Source of the DNA: Heptranchias perlo
Lineage: Eukaryota
Reading direction: 5' to 3'
Length of the DNA stretch: 64,000 nucleotides
Assembly (NCBI RefSeq): GCF_035084215.1
Contig: NC_090327.1
Coordinates: 68,944,001-69,008,000 of the forward strand
The notes beneath the pieces are model-generated. The model ran no database searches, was not told the origin of the DNA, and saw only the letters and a program-made list of their open reading frames with translations. The translations under genes and the position numbers were made by a program. Below, piece by piece: positions 1 to 12,769 of the stretch. The stretch's first letter is position 1; each line of letters opens with the position of its first letter.

Positions 1-712
1 AATAAAATTTGACACTGAGCCACATAAGGAGATATGTGGCTCAGTGACCAAAAGCTTGGTCAAAGAGGTAGGTTTTAAGGAGTGTCTTTAATGAGAGAGA
101 GGTAGAGATGCGGAGAGGTTTAGGGAGGAAATTCCAGAGCTTAGGGCCTAGGCAGCTGAAGGCACGGTTGCCAGTGGTGAAGCGATTAAAATCGGAGATG
201 CGCAAGAGGCCAGAATTGGAGGAGCGCACAGTAACTCGGAGGGTTGTACGGTTAGAGGGGTTTACAGAGATGGGGGGGAGGGCAAGGCCAAGCAGAGATT
301 TGAAAACAAGGATGAGAATTTTAAAATTGAGGCGTTCCCAGATTGGGAGCCAATGTAGGTCAGCGAGCACAGGGATGAACGGGACTTGGTGCGAGTTAGG
401 ATACAGCAGCAGAGTTTTGGATGAGTTCAAGTTTATGGAGGATGGAAGATGGGAGACCGGCCAAGAGAGCATTGGAATAGTCGAATCTAGAGGTAACAAA
501 GGCATGGATGAGGGATTGTGCAACAGATAAGCTGAGGCAGGGTTGGAGACGGCGATGTTACGGAGGTGGAAGTAGGCGGTCTTGATGATGGAGTGGATAT
601 GTGGTCGGAAGATCATCTCAGGGTCAAATAGGACACCAAGGTTGCAAACGGTCTGGTTCAGCCTCAGACAGTAGCCAGGGAGAGGGATGGAGTCGGTGGC
701 TAGGCTACGGAG
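1..712 (-). mobile_element. L2-clade LINE, 3' part of ORF2 (decayed)
   Basis: ORF 41..616 reads TAYFHLRNIA...LHWLPI..RLNFKILILVFK...RAFSCLGPKLWNFLP...LKTYLFDQAF, the typical L2 RT C-terminus. The same 3' sequence recurs at 49048-49293 and 57498-57624. Confidence 0.9.
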
Positions 713-736
713 TAAAGCTCATCAAACTTTTAATGT

Positions 737-1188
737 GTCAGCCTTGGCTAAGTGGTAGCACTCCTGCCTCTCAGTCAGAAGTTTGTGTGTTCAAACCTCA
801 ATCTATAGATTTGAGCACATAATCCAGTCTGAGACTGCAGTGCAATACTAAGGGACTGCTGCTCCGTCAACGATGCTGTCTTTTGGATGAGATATTAAAC
901 CGAGGCCCCATCTACCCTCTCAGGTGGACATAAAAGATCACGTGGCACTTTTTGAAGAGAAGGGGAGATCTCCTGGTACCCTGCACAACATTTGTCCCTC
1001 AGCCAACATCACTAAAACAAATTATCTCATTGCTGTTTGTGGGACCTCGCTATATGCAAATTGGCTGCTTCATTTTACCACTGTGCAACAGTGACTTAAA
1101 AAATAAGTACTTCATTGGCTGTGAAGCACTTTGGAATGTCCTGAGGTCATTAGTGTCACAATATAAATGCAAGTTCTTTCTTTTTCTT
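737..1188 (+). mobile_element. tRNA-headed DeuSINE-like SINE (SacSINE1/AmnSINE-type)
   Basis: tRNA-like head (TGGCTAAGTGGTAGCACTC...GTTCAAAC), Deu-domain-like core GTCTTTTGGATGAGATATTAAACCGAGGCCCC, and tail TATAAATGCAAGTTCTTTCTTT. Confidence 0.75.
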
Positions 1189-1429
1189 TAAATGGGTAAG
1201 AATCAAAATCACCCTCATGCTGCAGTTCCAAACCATGTTTACAAATCGGGCTCAGAATTATTGAACAGGGTCAACCTACAGATATATCTTGTTGAAATAC
1301 ATTAATAACTAACAATTTCCATACTGTGTTGACAGATCCTGACACCTTTAGATTCTTTGTTGCTACATTTATTTACTTCTCAAGCAGTTCCATGCACCAA
1401 TGATGTCATGCATTTTTTGAGAATGGTAA

Positions 1430-1762
1430 AAAGAACTTGCATTTATATAGCACCTTTCACTGTTCCTCAGGACATCCCAAAATACTGCACAACTAAGAAA
1501 TTATTTTTGAAGTGCAGTCACCGTTCTGTAGGCAAATGTGGCAGCAAAATTATGCACAGCAAGTTTCCACAAACAGCAATGTGATGAATGACCAGTTGAT
1601 CTAGTTTGGTGTAGCAGGCTTCAGTTAAACATCTCAATCAAAAGACAGCACCTCTGATAATGCAGTACTTCTTCATTACTGTATCTAAGTATCAGCTTAG
1701 CTTATGTACTTAAATTCTGACGTAGGGATTTAGAAATAAGAGTGCTACCACTAAGTCAAGCC
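1430..1762 (-). mobile_element. Second DeuSINE-like copy, inverted, internally deleted
   Basis: Reverse complement of the 737-1188 tail (AAGAACTTGCATTTATATAGC), core (ACATCTCAATCAAAAGACAGCAC) and head (AGAGTGCTACCACT). Confidence 0.7.
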
Positions 1763-2004
1763 CATTTACTCACATTTTGCTGTTAAAAAAAGCGGGAAAC
1801 TTATTCAAGCAAAATAGTTTAAGGGTTGGGCTGCCGTGTCAGAATTTTTCAGCACACTTTAACCATTGGTTGCATCCATTTTGCTTTTTGGGTCTTAAAT
1901 CATGATGATCATTGTTGTATAATGGTTTTATAATTGAAGCATATTATGAGCTCCTTTGATGGCTTATTTGGCAAAGGCAACATGTAACTCAGCCATATAT
2001 ATTA

Positions 2005-2335
2005 GATGGTCCAGGTCTGCTAAGTTAGTCAAGAGTGATAGTAGAGGTGCTAGAACTGGCCCGAGCTAGGGAAAGGAAATTAGCCACAGTTCTCAGTCCT
2101 GATTATTATCCAATGGCCTCTACTGAAAAGGACATGTGCGTGGATTTTAGTTGCCAGCCAGATCAGGCTCAGCTGTCAGGTCCAGCATGTTGAGAAGCCA
2201 ACTGACACTCTCTGTCTAGATTTACATATCAAGAATGGTCACTAGGGCTAAATACTGAAAGGCAACTTGGTACCCATGAAATTGCCCCCTAGGAGGAGTC
2301 AATGCTTTCAGGAGAGGATGAAAGGAGAAAAAGCT
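2005..2335 (+). repeat. Old SINE-like interspersed repeat
   Basis: Aligns by eye with 50683-50940 (GGTCTG..CTRAGTTA...GGYRCTA.AAYT...AGGG..AAGGAA..AGCC..CTGA.T..TAT.CA.TG.CTC..CTGAAAAG). Confidence 0.45.
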
Positions 2336-3319
2336 GTCAAAAAAACATATTTATATTTTTAAAGATATATTTGAGATTATTTACCCAGTTTTGTGATTTG
2401 TAATTGTTTTCATTTAGTGTCGCTCTCCCATAAGCTTTCCCACTCATCAAGCCAAATTCCTATGCCTCCCCATGGTGTCCACTCTCCCACTCGCCATGCT
2501 GATTTCCAATGTCACTTCACTATTGTTCATGTGTGTCAAATGCGTGTGTTTCTATTCTCATGGTGTCTGGTCTTGTGCCTGTCTGGTTCCCTATGTATGA
2601 ACTCTTTTCTTCATAGTGCTTACACTCTCCCCTGCTTGATAACCCATGGTGTGATATCGCCCTGTTTACCTGTGCACCTGATTCTGCTATTTTGCATACT
2701 TCATGGATTTTCATTATATATTGAATAATCAAGTGAATAATTATGTATAATATAAAGAATGGTGTCATTTAAACATTTTAAATAGTGAGTGAATCTTATA
2801 TCTAAACAAAATATGAATTGCTATTACTTATTTTAAGAAAAGAAAGTGTGTGTGATTTCTGTCACATATATTTTAAACTATGCTCTATTCTAAATACATA
2901 AGAGCTAACTTTCCAAGCTCATGTTGCCGGCAGTGATCTTTCCTCACTAGTGCTGCATTGTGTGGAATTGCAGGTGTGTTGCTCATGCTTTTCCTTCCAT
3001 TTTAGACATAAAATTATGGGCAGTGCACCTGACATTTCCTGATATATATGATCGGTGGGTGAGGCTCCATACCCACCAGAAATACAAACTCAGAAAATTA
3101 CCCTCATAGCTTAATTTGTTGTATTTTGTATAAATAATTTGTATTATGTGTATGATTCGAGTGATATGTAGTAAGACTGTGTGCAGATATAGTAAAAAAT
3201 GTTTTGATTTTAGTTATATACAATGTAAGTATAGATAAGACATTTTATGCACATTTCCTGTCTGACATCATAGCCTGATGTTGCATTTTCTGTGTCACAC
3301 TTGAGTGTCACAATCTGCT

Positions 3320-4240
3320 GTCACATTCTGTGTCACACTTTTGCATCACACTTTGTTGATTGCCTCAAATTTCATATCTTTAAACCAGCAACAAATCAGA
3401 ACTCTGTAACTGTGAAAGTGATGAAAATCTACCAATAAAATAAGCAGAAACTGAGCCAATCAAATTGCTCAAAATGTTTTTTCACAAACTTTTCATCCAT
3501 TGTTTGTCTTTCTCACAAGTTCAAATATCCAAGAGTCAAAATAAGATTTATAACATAATAAAAACATAAAGATAATTAATTCACAGTAACATGGTTAAAC
3601 TTACCTATAAAACTCTACTTTTGTCTTTCAGTATCTTCACTTACATTTTTACCCAGCAGTCTGAGCTTCTCACAAAAGCCTGAAATTGGAGTTGATATAC
3701 TTATTTCTCAGAGCTAACACTCTGTCAACTGAAGGGAGTTACCAACTATATCTATACTTGCACTTCCCAGGATACTGCAGTCTGTGTGTAGTGTGCAGAA
3801 TACACTAGTATGTATCCATATGATTCAGTGCAACTGGAAGCATGTCTTTCCTCGGGCTGTAACAATATTTTTGTGCTTGCTGTTTTTTCAAAATGATTTC
3901 AAAACATGTTAGATCGCAAATCTTAGAATTTTTTGACGTAACTATTTTCAAGTGTTTGTTTTGTTAATTCAGAGAGGGAGAATGTTTGGTGCGCCTGTTT
4001 TTTATTTTGTTTATACTGAGAATTAAAGTACAATGATTATTTACATAAAGCAGCTGATCTTATGAATGTGTGCTCCCAGCAGGAAGTGTTACCCACCTGG
4101 AGCATAGATCAAGAAATTGCAGATGTGCTGCCCTCGATTTTTGTTCCATTAATTTTAATGGATGAAAAAATGTCAGCGTGCAATTTTATAAAATTAGTTC
4201 CAAACATTTCTTCATGTAGGTGCAGTGGGTAAGAAACATA
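3320..4240. repeat. Old local tandem duplication, unit A
   Basis: Colinear similarity to 4950-6720 once the 5137-6063 insertion is removed, e.g. CTCAAATTTCATAT-CTT-TAAA, TAACATAATA, TGATTTCAAAACA, CAGTGGGTAA. Confidence 0.75.
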
Positions 4241-4668
4241 GAAATATAGAACATAGAAAATAGGAGCAAGAGTAGGCCATTCGGCCCTTCGGGCCTGCTC
4301 CGCCGTTCAAAATGATCATGGCTGATCGTCTAATTCAGTACCCTGTTCCCATTTTTTCGCCATATCCCTTGATCCCTTTAGCATTAAGAAATAGATCTAT
4401 CTCCTTCTTGAATACATCTAATGACTTGGCCTTCACTGCCTTCTGTGGTAGAGAATTCCACAGGTTCACCACCCTCTGAGTGAAGAAATTTCTCCTCATC
4501 TCGGTTCTAAATGGCACACCCCATATCCTGAGACTGTGACCCCTGCATCTAGTCTGTGTAGTCCTGTTAGAATTTTATATGTTTTGATGAGATCACCTCT
4601 CATTCTTCTGAACTCTAGTGAATATAGGCTTAGTCGAGCCAATCTCTCCTTATACGTCAGTCCTGCCA
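4232..4668 (-). mobile_element. CR1 LINE 3' end
   Basis: Peptides YSLEFRRMRGDLIKTYKIL and RRNFFTQRVVNLWNSLP, 3' stem GGAGCAGG..., and a (TTCTATGT)-type tail. Confidence 0.93.
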
Positions 4669-4949
4669 TAAGGGATATACTCATTATTTATTTTCCAAGA
4701 ACCAATCAAAAACATTTGTTTCATTGTCTCAGGGTAGAATTCTTAGAAACCTCTTTCACTGGAGAACTGCATCCTTCCCCCACTTCCATGCACCTGCAAC
4801 CTCCTTGCAATAGTTTATCCTCTAACTCACCATATGCCAAGCCACAGAAGATTCACTAGCAATATTATAAAAAGATATAACTGCGCACACACTCTCATCA
4901 CCACACTACAGGCATTACTGCTGTGTCTCACTCCCATCATTTTTCTGCC

Positions 4950-6720
4950 ATCACGCTTCCTGTGTCACAGTTTCATTTGTTGGCTCAAATTTCATATTCT
5001 TAAAAGAGAAACAAATCCTAACTCTGTGAGTAGTGAGGAAAATCAGTGAATAAAAAACAAAACAAATCATTCTAAAAAATCCAAATCCTTTCAGCCACCA
5101 TTTTTGTCTTAGTAACTAAGATTTCTGATGTTGAAGGAGTTCGATTTAAATTTTTGGGCGGCCCACTGGCAGAGTGCACTAGCCAGCCACTCGTTCCATT
5201 GGCGAAGAGCAGGCTGTGGTTTTGAGGCCACAGCCTCATTTGAATTTGGCAGGTGTAATCCTAAATGGTCTTACTGCAATTTGTTTTAAGTTATGTTTGC
5301 TGGAAAACAAAATTGAAGCATGTCCATATATGGCTTAAAGTGGCTACAGTGTCATTGATTGGCGGAGGGTGGATGATGTCACGGTCAGGTGGACAGCACA
5401 TGGTGTTGGGGGTATATAAAGAAATGCCTTAAGGGGGATGGGCAGAATAGGAGCAAAGAACAAAAGATCGGGGTAATATCCATCTTTTGTACTTACTGTC
5501 TTAAACTAATTGTACTTGATCATTAAAATTATTGATTGAACTGATCTACACAGGCGAACTGCGAATGCCAAATGGATGCCCAAATGCAGCTTGCCACTCT
5601 TTGGGCTCAAAAACGTCAATCAGCTGGGACGCTGGCAGAGGCCTGCAGGTCGGTCATCGGGGAGGTAACACTGAGGCAGGGTGAGGCTGGGCCGGCAGTA
5701 GCCCACAGTATTTTTGTGAAGCCATGAGAAGTCCTGCTCCTTCCGGCTCCACTAAATATAAAATTCAAAAATCTTTCTCTCCATTTCCTAATCATAACAC
5801 CAGTACACATGGGTGGAGTGTGCAGGTCACAAGCTCCGCCCATGTGTCCCTTAAAATTGCAATTGGGGTCCTAACTAGGTTGTTTGTATGGGAAAGAGAC
5901 CAACCGCTTGTTTCAGGCAGGCAGATTAGCCGCCCAGTGGTAGGCCCTTGTGAAAGTCACAGTGGACTGATCCTCAGGGTTAACGGGATGGTAAGGCTAC
6001 CAGACCCATTTTCGGCCCTTATAGCCCCGTTAATGCCGATTTTCCCAAATAAAAATCATCCCCAAGGTTTGTAACATAATACATAAAAAATACATATTTC
6101 ATAATAAAGTAATTAAATTTACCTTTAAAATTGTCTTGTCTGTGTTTCAGTACCTTCATTAACTCTTTTACTCAGAAGCATCGGCTGCTCTTCAAAGCCT
6201 ATGTATTGAGTAGATATTCTTTTTAGACCTACCATTCTGTCAGGTGAAGAGAGTTAAGAACTGTACAGTTGTGGCCAAATCCCCAGATGCCATAGTCTGA
6301 GTGTGTGCACTGTGCAGAAATCCCACATGCATCACAATGATGCTCTCAATGCAAAATCTTGAAGCACGGCTTTTCTCAGGCTGTAAGAGTAATTATGCAG
6401 TTGATTTTTCAAGTGATTTCAAAACAAGCTGCAACATAAACCTTTTTTGAGGTAAGATTTGACAGAAAACTATTTTTCAGAGATCTGCTTATTTTTTACT
6501 TCAAAGAGGCTGCTTCGGAAAGACAGAAAAAGACAGAGGGAGAAAGAGCATCTGCCTTTTTTTTATGTTGAGAATTCAGAAACAACCATTGTTCATATAA
6601 AGATTTATTTATCCAACTACAGTGGGTAAAGAAAACACTAATTATTTACTTTTCCAAATGGTTTCAAGACAAGTTGTAGCACAAACCTTAGAACATTTTC
6701 AAGGTAACATTTGACAGGAA
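4950..6720. repeat. Old local tandem duplication, unit B (interrupted by a MITE)
   Basis: Paralogous to 3320-4240; a short third partial copy lies at about 6640-6725. Confidence 0.7.
5137..6063. mobile_element. Non-autonomous DNA element (Harbinger-type MITE, decayed)
   Basis: Absent from the paralogous unit A. Degenerate TIRs GAGTTCGATTT / AAATCATCCCC, putative TSD AAG, and core TCCTGCTCCTTCCGGCTCCAC shared with other MITEs here. Confidence 0.6.
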
Positions 6721-6724
6721 AACT

Positions 6725-7026
6725 GGCTTAGGAATTGGACTTCTCCTCCTGACTCTAAATTGAAACTGCAGGCTGCTGTTGGCCACTGCCACCCCCCTCC
6801 CGATTTCGCCCCCCAGCCCCCGACTCACTGTGGGCCCGGTGCCGGCGTCCCAGTTGCCCAAAGTTTGGCCTTTTCAGACCAGAGGACTGCCTTCTAGGGC
6901 ATGATTGCAAGCTGGTCGCTTCCTGACAAAGCAAGAGTACCAATTTCGCATGGTCTTCTTGTGCATCAGTTTTGGCGCAGCAGTCATTGCAATTGCTGGG
7001 TTCAGGCATCAGCCAATTTCTACCCC
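6725..7026. mobile_element. Short MITE
   Basis: Ends GGCTTAGGAATTGG / CCAATTTCTACCCC; GC-rich island within AT-rich DNA. Confidence 0.5.
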
Positions 7027-7363
7027 GCTATTTTAAGTGCTTATTTTGATAGAATCTGACAGAATGAATCAGATGGAGGCAAACAGACACATTGGGCTCG
7101 ATTTTACCAGGCCTGCGGGTTCCCAGCGGGTGGTCCTCCGGGAGCGTGGTCAACACGCTCGGCGAAATTAGTGGGTTGCCCGCGCGATCGTAGCAGGCAA
7201 CCCACTAATAGGAATCAATTACCTGCTCCTCCGGGGTCCACGGCGCTGGCCTGCGCGTCGGTCGGGCTGCGCATGCACAGTACGATCTGTCAGCTGGAGG
7301 CTCTCTAGTTAAAGGGGCAGTCCTCCACTGACAGATGCTGCAACCAATGGAACAAATTGCAGC

Positions 7364-7529
7364 ATGGAGCAGCCCAGGGGGAAGGCTGCTCCCAGTTTAA
7401 TGATGCCTCACCCCAGGTATCATCAGATGGGGTGAGGAGGTGGCAGAGGGGGTCACCTGCGCCACCAACATATGGCCCACCTGCATACAGTGCAGGAGGC
7501 GCTGCAATGACCGCAGTAGGTCAGCCGCA
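7364..7529 (+). pseudogene. Harbinger Myb/SANT-like gene, exon 1 remnant
   Basis: MEQPRGKAAP..FNDAS.. and AEGVT...WPTCIQCRRRCND, followed by donor GTGAG; parallels 19949-20188. Confidence 0.7.
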
Positions 7530-8089
7530 GTGAGAACACGAAGTCTTTCCCCTACACTCCGTCTGCCACAACACTGCCCCCACCCCACATCTCCTTCGGC
7601 ACCGCCAACACTACTCTGTCACATCACCCTTCATACCCACTCAAACCCCATCCTCATCTTACCTCCACCTACTCACCTCGCCAGTACTCATCCTGCCACT
7701 AACACGCAACCCAATCCTCATACAATCTCATTGCTCCATCCCATACTCACCCTCTCGTGCATCTCCCTCACGGCCAGCCTCACTCAACCTGCCACCACCT
7801 GCGCTGCAGCCACAGGGCATGCATCACATATGTGCAGTAGGCAGCGTAAGGCAAACGTGTCGTGAGCATGAAGGGGGTGCACAAGGGTGTCTGAGGGTTT
7901 GCCATGGGTGTTACCTATATTGAATTTCAGAGCAACAAACAGCACACATTATATTGACACCACCACTGCCATGTCTCCGCGAATCCTGTCCGTTGTGTCC
8001 AATAATGCCCGCTCCTGGGTATCACTATGAGGACCCACCACTGATGCCACCCATCGTGTTACTGCAGAGTAGGTGCAGGTGTATTTGCA

Positions 8090-8400
8090 GGGCTCGTCCG
8101 CGCAGACGACTGAGAGACATCGGCGGTGTAGCCGGCTGCACCCTGGAAGGATGCGGAGGAGAAGGTGTGGAGGGCAGTGGTGACTTTGACAGCGACAGGT
8201 AAGCAGTTGGTGCTGGGGCCAGCCAGGAGCAGCTCGGCATGAAAGAGGCTGCAGATCTCCACGACTACATGTCGAGCGAATATGCGCCTCCCTGTGCACT
8301 GCTGCTCGGAGAGGTCCGGGGAGCTGCGCCTCGGTCTGTGGACCCTGTGGCGAGGGTAGTGCCCTCTGCGATGCGTCTCTCTCTGCTGTAGCCCTCCCTC
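8090..8400 (-). pseudogene. Harbinger transposase N-terminal remnant
   Basis: YPRHRVHRPR..DLSEQQC...LPVAVKVTTALHTFSSASFQGAAG..DVSQSSA within ORF 8059..8742; the DDE core is missing. Confidence 0.85.
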
Positions 8401-10084
8401 CTGCTGTGCAGGTGGGCGTGCAACAACACCGTGTTGGGGGGATCCACGTCTCTGCGGCGGACGGCGTGGACTGCGAGGCTGCTGGGGCTGGTCATGCTCT
8501 TCGTCCTCCGAGGGTTTCCACACACCACCCATCTGGCAGGTGTTGGTCTGAGGGGTTGTGCAGGGTAGGTGGGTGGTTCCTTGGACTGGGGCTGTGGTTT
8601 CGTGTCGGTCTGTCCTCTGGCTTGGCGGGGGGTGGTGGGGGGCAGGGGTTGCCCTATGTGACGCGGTGGCCTCCTGCGTGGGTGAGGGCTCTCCCCCGTG
8701 GAGTGCACCTTGGCACCTGCCACAGGCTGCTGGCTGCAACACGCCTGGTTGGAGAGAGACTGTTTCCCCCAGTGTGTGAAGCTCACTGCCTTGAACCTAA
8801 AATCCCACACTTCCTCTTTTGACAGCTGATTCAGCTCATTAACTGACCTCAACAAGCAAGGTAAGTACTCTCAAGTGGAACCCCGCTGGCTTTAATTGCC
8901 TGCGGGATTCCCACCAGCGGGGCTTGCGCGCGCAGCCCCGCACGTCAGCGCGGTACCCGGAAGTGGCCGGGATTTCGTCGCGATCCGGTCACGTGACCGG
9001 ATATCGGGATTTTCCGGGCCCCCCCGCTGGAAACCCGCCGGAAACCCGACGCCAAAATCGAGCCCATTAGCAGTAATTTTAATTTCCTCCTCCCAGCAGG
9101 CAATGGGGGTTAAAATCCAAATAGTGCATATACGGCTTGTTTTGCGCTCCGTGGCCATTTTAACACTGCTGTTTTCTTGGACGGTTGAGGAGCCCGCCCA
9201 CTTGAAACTATGCTGCGCCAGGAAGGAGGAGAGAGGACAGCAGGAGGGGGGATGATCGCGGCCTGCAGGAGTATCTTTGTCATATTTGAGCCAGTTAAAC
9301 CTCCACAAACAAGTCCAAGAACTTGGGAGCTTGGAGAATAGGAGAACCAATTACAGACATGCTTGTAGGAAATGTTTAAAAGAGTTAAAGGGACTTTGGT
9401 AACAGAGATGTTTTTCTTTTTAAATAATCAATTTGAACTTTTCAGTTGCTCTTAGTGTTTAGGATAAGCTACATACTTTACAGGTTACAGTTTACAGGTT
9501 TGCTTGGAAATGAACTTATTGTCTAATATACTTGAGTTTTAATGTTATATTGACATTGCTATTATCAGAAATGCAGCACTAATATTTGACAAGGGATTTG
9601 CTGACACAATCTCATTCCTCCAAAGGTGGTAACACAATGACTAAGAAATTGTCATCCACCCTGACATCACAACATGAATCAATGCTTGTCATCTTCTAAA
9701 TTCATTTGCCACTGGAGTCCAACTCCTTGGAGTGCCTAATGTGCTCTTTTACTTGATGTAGCCCATATACAAACCATACACCTTTGGTTCTCCTGCTCCC
9801 TCAGAATTGGCAAAGATATTGAGAACTTCACCATGCAAGTCTGTATATATAGGAGGCTTGTATATTATATATATAAATACATACACTATATTTTTTATAT
9901 ATATATAATATGCAATGCTGAATTGTACCAGGGATATTGGGGACGGATCCTCTCCTGATCTAACACAAAAGCGCTTGTTGCTAAAAGATGTCAAGCAACA
10001 TCACATTGAAATAGCAAAGATATTATTAAGGATTAAAAAAAACCTAGCAACCTTGAAATTCCTTAGCCTTGTTTTATTTTCTTT

Positions 10085-10227
10085 CTTGGATAAATACTTG
10101 AAGGGGAAAAAATTGCAGTGCTATGGGAAATGGGACTAATTGGATTGCTTTTTCAAAGAGCCAGCACAGGCACGATGAGCCAAATGGCCTCCTTCTGTGC
10201 TGTATCATTCTATGATTCTATGATTCA
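10085..10227 (+). mobile_element. CR1 3' tail fragment
   Basis: AAATGGCCTCCTTCTGTGCTGTA followed by (ATTCTATG)n. Confidence 0.75.
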
Positions 10228-11142
10228 TTTGTTCTCGTCAGGTTAATGATGTCAGCAAGACATCTAACCTTAAACATAACCATACATGACCTGACCTCTA
10301 ATACATGTAAACCTTCAGGCCACCTAAAATCAGATTTGCCTACTTTAGTCTCCTATTGTCACCAACGTTGCTCAACTTTCCAGTTCCCAAGCATGCTCTA
10401 ATCCTCAACTATTGATCCTCTGGGTTTTAATTGAGGATGCAATATGTTCTAATTATGGTTACTTAAAATCACGTCAATAAATGCCCCCCGATACCACACA
10501 TAAAAGGCCTAAACTATGAATGCTTCCAGCGTGAAAACATTCCTATTCCCAGGCATTCGAGTTGTAGGTTTGCACTAAAGGGTCTGCTAAACCATACTTT
10601 CACCCCTAACAAATGTTTCCCTATCATATTCCCATCCATTACCATGGACATTCATTTTCCATTTTTACACTTTCCAGCTCTTACTATTTCATGGCCGGAT
10701 TACAGAAGAGAAAATATTGAAACCTTGCAAGAATTTATGCTAAAGCAACATAATGAATTTTCAAAACTCAGTAGGTAAAATAAAAACTATAAAACCCTTT
10801 CTGGACTAAAGGCAACAAAACTTAAATGCAGTAAAGTAAAAGGTGAGAGGCCTATATGCATCTGAAAACAGGTGTCAAACCCTTATATCACCTACAATAT
10901 CTGCTGAAAATTGCTTATGAGACTTGGCTGTATTCATATTTCTAATAATATACTAACAGGCTTACTTGCATTTCTAGTGCATTACTTATACATTTCATGT
11001 GTGTTACTTAATATTGGGATAAAAAAGATAACCATCTCATCTTTGCAGCATACCAAGATTGTCAAAATTTTTAATTTTCAAGATATCCAGAAACTTGTAA
11101 GTCATTTCTGTGTGAATAAAAATATCAGCTCCAAAGTACAAT

Positions 11143-11790
11143 GGCCCCAAAAATCCATGGGCCAACAATCCTAGCACTTCTGTCATGATCACAACTTCTA
11201 GGACCCTCTGCTGCTGACCCTGCCGAACTTTCCAGGGTCAGGGAGAAGTTCTCTAATTTGCATGCAAATGGCAGGTGACCACACCACTAGGGATGCTTCT
11301 AGGACCTTTACCATATAAACCAGACCAGAAAATCTTCCATAAGTGCCCGGACTGGGAGGAATTGTGTGCGGGTCCCTCCCCAAAGATGATACATAGTTAT
11401 CTCCTGCAACCCCTTTTATAATAGGACCACTTTAAAAATTAAAAAAAAAATTGGTGTCAATTCTTAAATCACAATCCCTGTACCCCCGGGTGGTCCCAAC
11501 ATCTGCTGCTGGATCTCTTCAGGCACTCCTACACCGATCAGATATCTGTATTCTTTGAGGACTGAAGTGGGGAGACCCCAACCTTTGCCCCTTCCCCTTA
11601 TGACGATGTCCATTTTGGAGCAGGTGGCAGCTCCGACCCACAAGGCCATTCCAGAAAGTTTGTTGCATGGTTGAGACCCGTGCACCCAGATCTAGATCCC
11701 GGCTGTTCCGGCATACTCCCACTGAACTTTCAGCAGAAGTGTCCTAGTACAGCCACAGATATCCAGGTCAATAATTTTAACAGGGTACCA
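11143..11790. mobile_element. MITE-like element related to 31157-31633
   Basis: Starts GGCCCCAAAAATCCATGGGCC, matching GGGGCAGAAAATCCATGGGCC at 31157; the right end is unclear. Confidence 0.4.
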
Positions 11791-12769
11791 AATTAGAATG
11801 GATTATTGACTACATATACCTAAAGAACTTTAATCATCATTACGGCATTACAATACACAAATAATATCAAGGATTTCTAAGAGATCTATGTGAGATTGCA
11901 ATGCTCTTTAATTATCACAGAGTTTTCTATATTCATTGTAGTTCACATATTGTGGGCTATGCATGATCTATTATGAACCTGCAGTTTATTCAACAAAATT
12001 AATAGTCAAACCACTGAATACACCATCTGAGGTATCAATTTAACGTTTAAATGGGGCTGTTAATGATCTTGGGATTTTAGTGCCATCTGTTTTCTCAATG
12101 ATCTGGCAGCAATTTCTATTAGAAAAGGTATAGGTTCTGGATCTCTTATGATACAGAAGCTGCACCATTTCTTTTATCCTAATTTGCAGATGTGCATACC
12201 AAAGAACTAACAATTACCTCACTTACAGCAATCTGTTTACTGGATTTAATATAATCTCATGGTACACTACCAAATTATTTCTGAAATTATGACACAGACC
12301 AGAGGTTTATAAACTAAAGCCACTAACAACTTTATTTACTATAACAACATGCAGCATAAAAATGGTAAATAGTAAAAGAACAATATACAGATAACGTGAT
12401 GAGAATGTCTTTGCTGGGTTAATTACCCTTCTGATTTAGTTCAAGTATTTGTGTAAATCATCAACCAAATTTCTTATTGGTAAATTCTACCTGTCTCTAC
12501 TCTAGCACAAAGTTCTTATAGCAGAATAATACATGGTACTTCCAGACCACCGGCTTTGAAAAAAACTTTATTGTTGTTTCAAAGCACCTGCTTTTTATCT
12601 CAAAATGGGGTAAAAATTGAAACTTCTGGGCAACTCTCATTTGCTTTCTTTTACATATCAAAGCAACAATATGTCATGTAACTTTCTAATTAACATAGGA
12701 GATTCCAAGAACAATTTATACAACACTACATAAATATAAGTTACATATTTCACATACAAAAGGAATATT

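Larger units (their letters stand above)
7094..9065. mobile_element. PIF/Harbinger transposon, internally deleted, relatively young
   Basis: Perfect 12-bp TIRs GGGCTCGATTTT / AAAATCGAGCCC, 3-bp TSD ATT on both sides, CpG-rich, with convergent Myb-like and transposase remnants. Confidence 0.93.

Noticed and set aside
3285-3352. Cluster of TGTCAC motifs as a TALE-binding array
   Set aside because: More simply explained as a decayed ~13-bp microduplication; it is largely not retained in the paralogous unit.
6123-6295. S100-like look of MASGDLATTVQFLTLF...ILK|GT
   Set aside because: No EF-hand residues, several in-frame stops, and the paralogous copy lacks the pattern.
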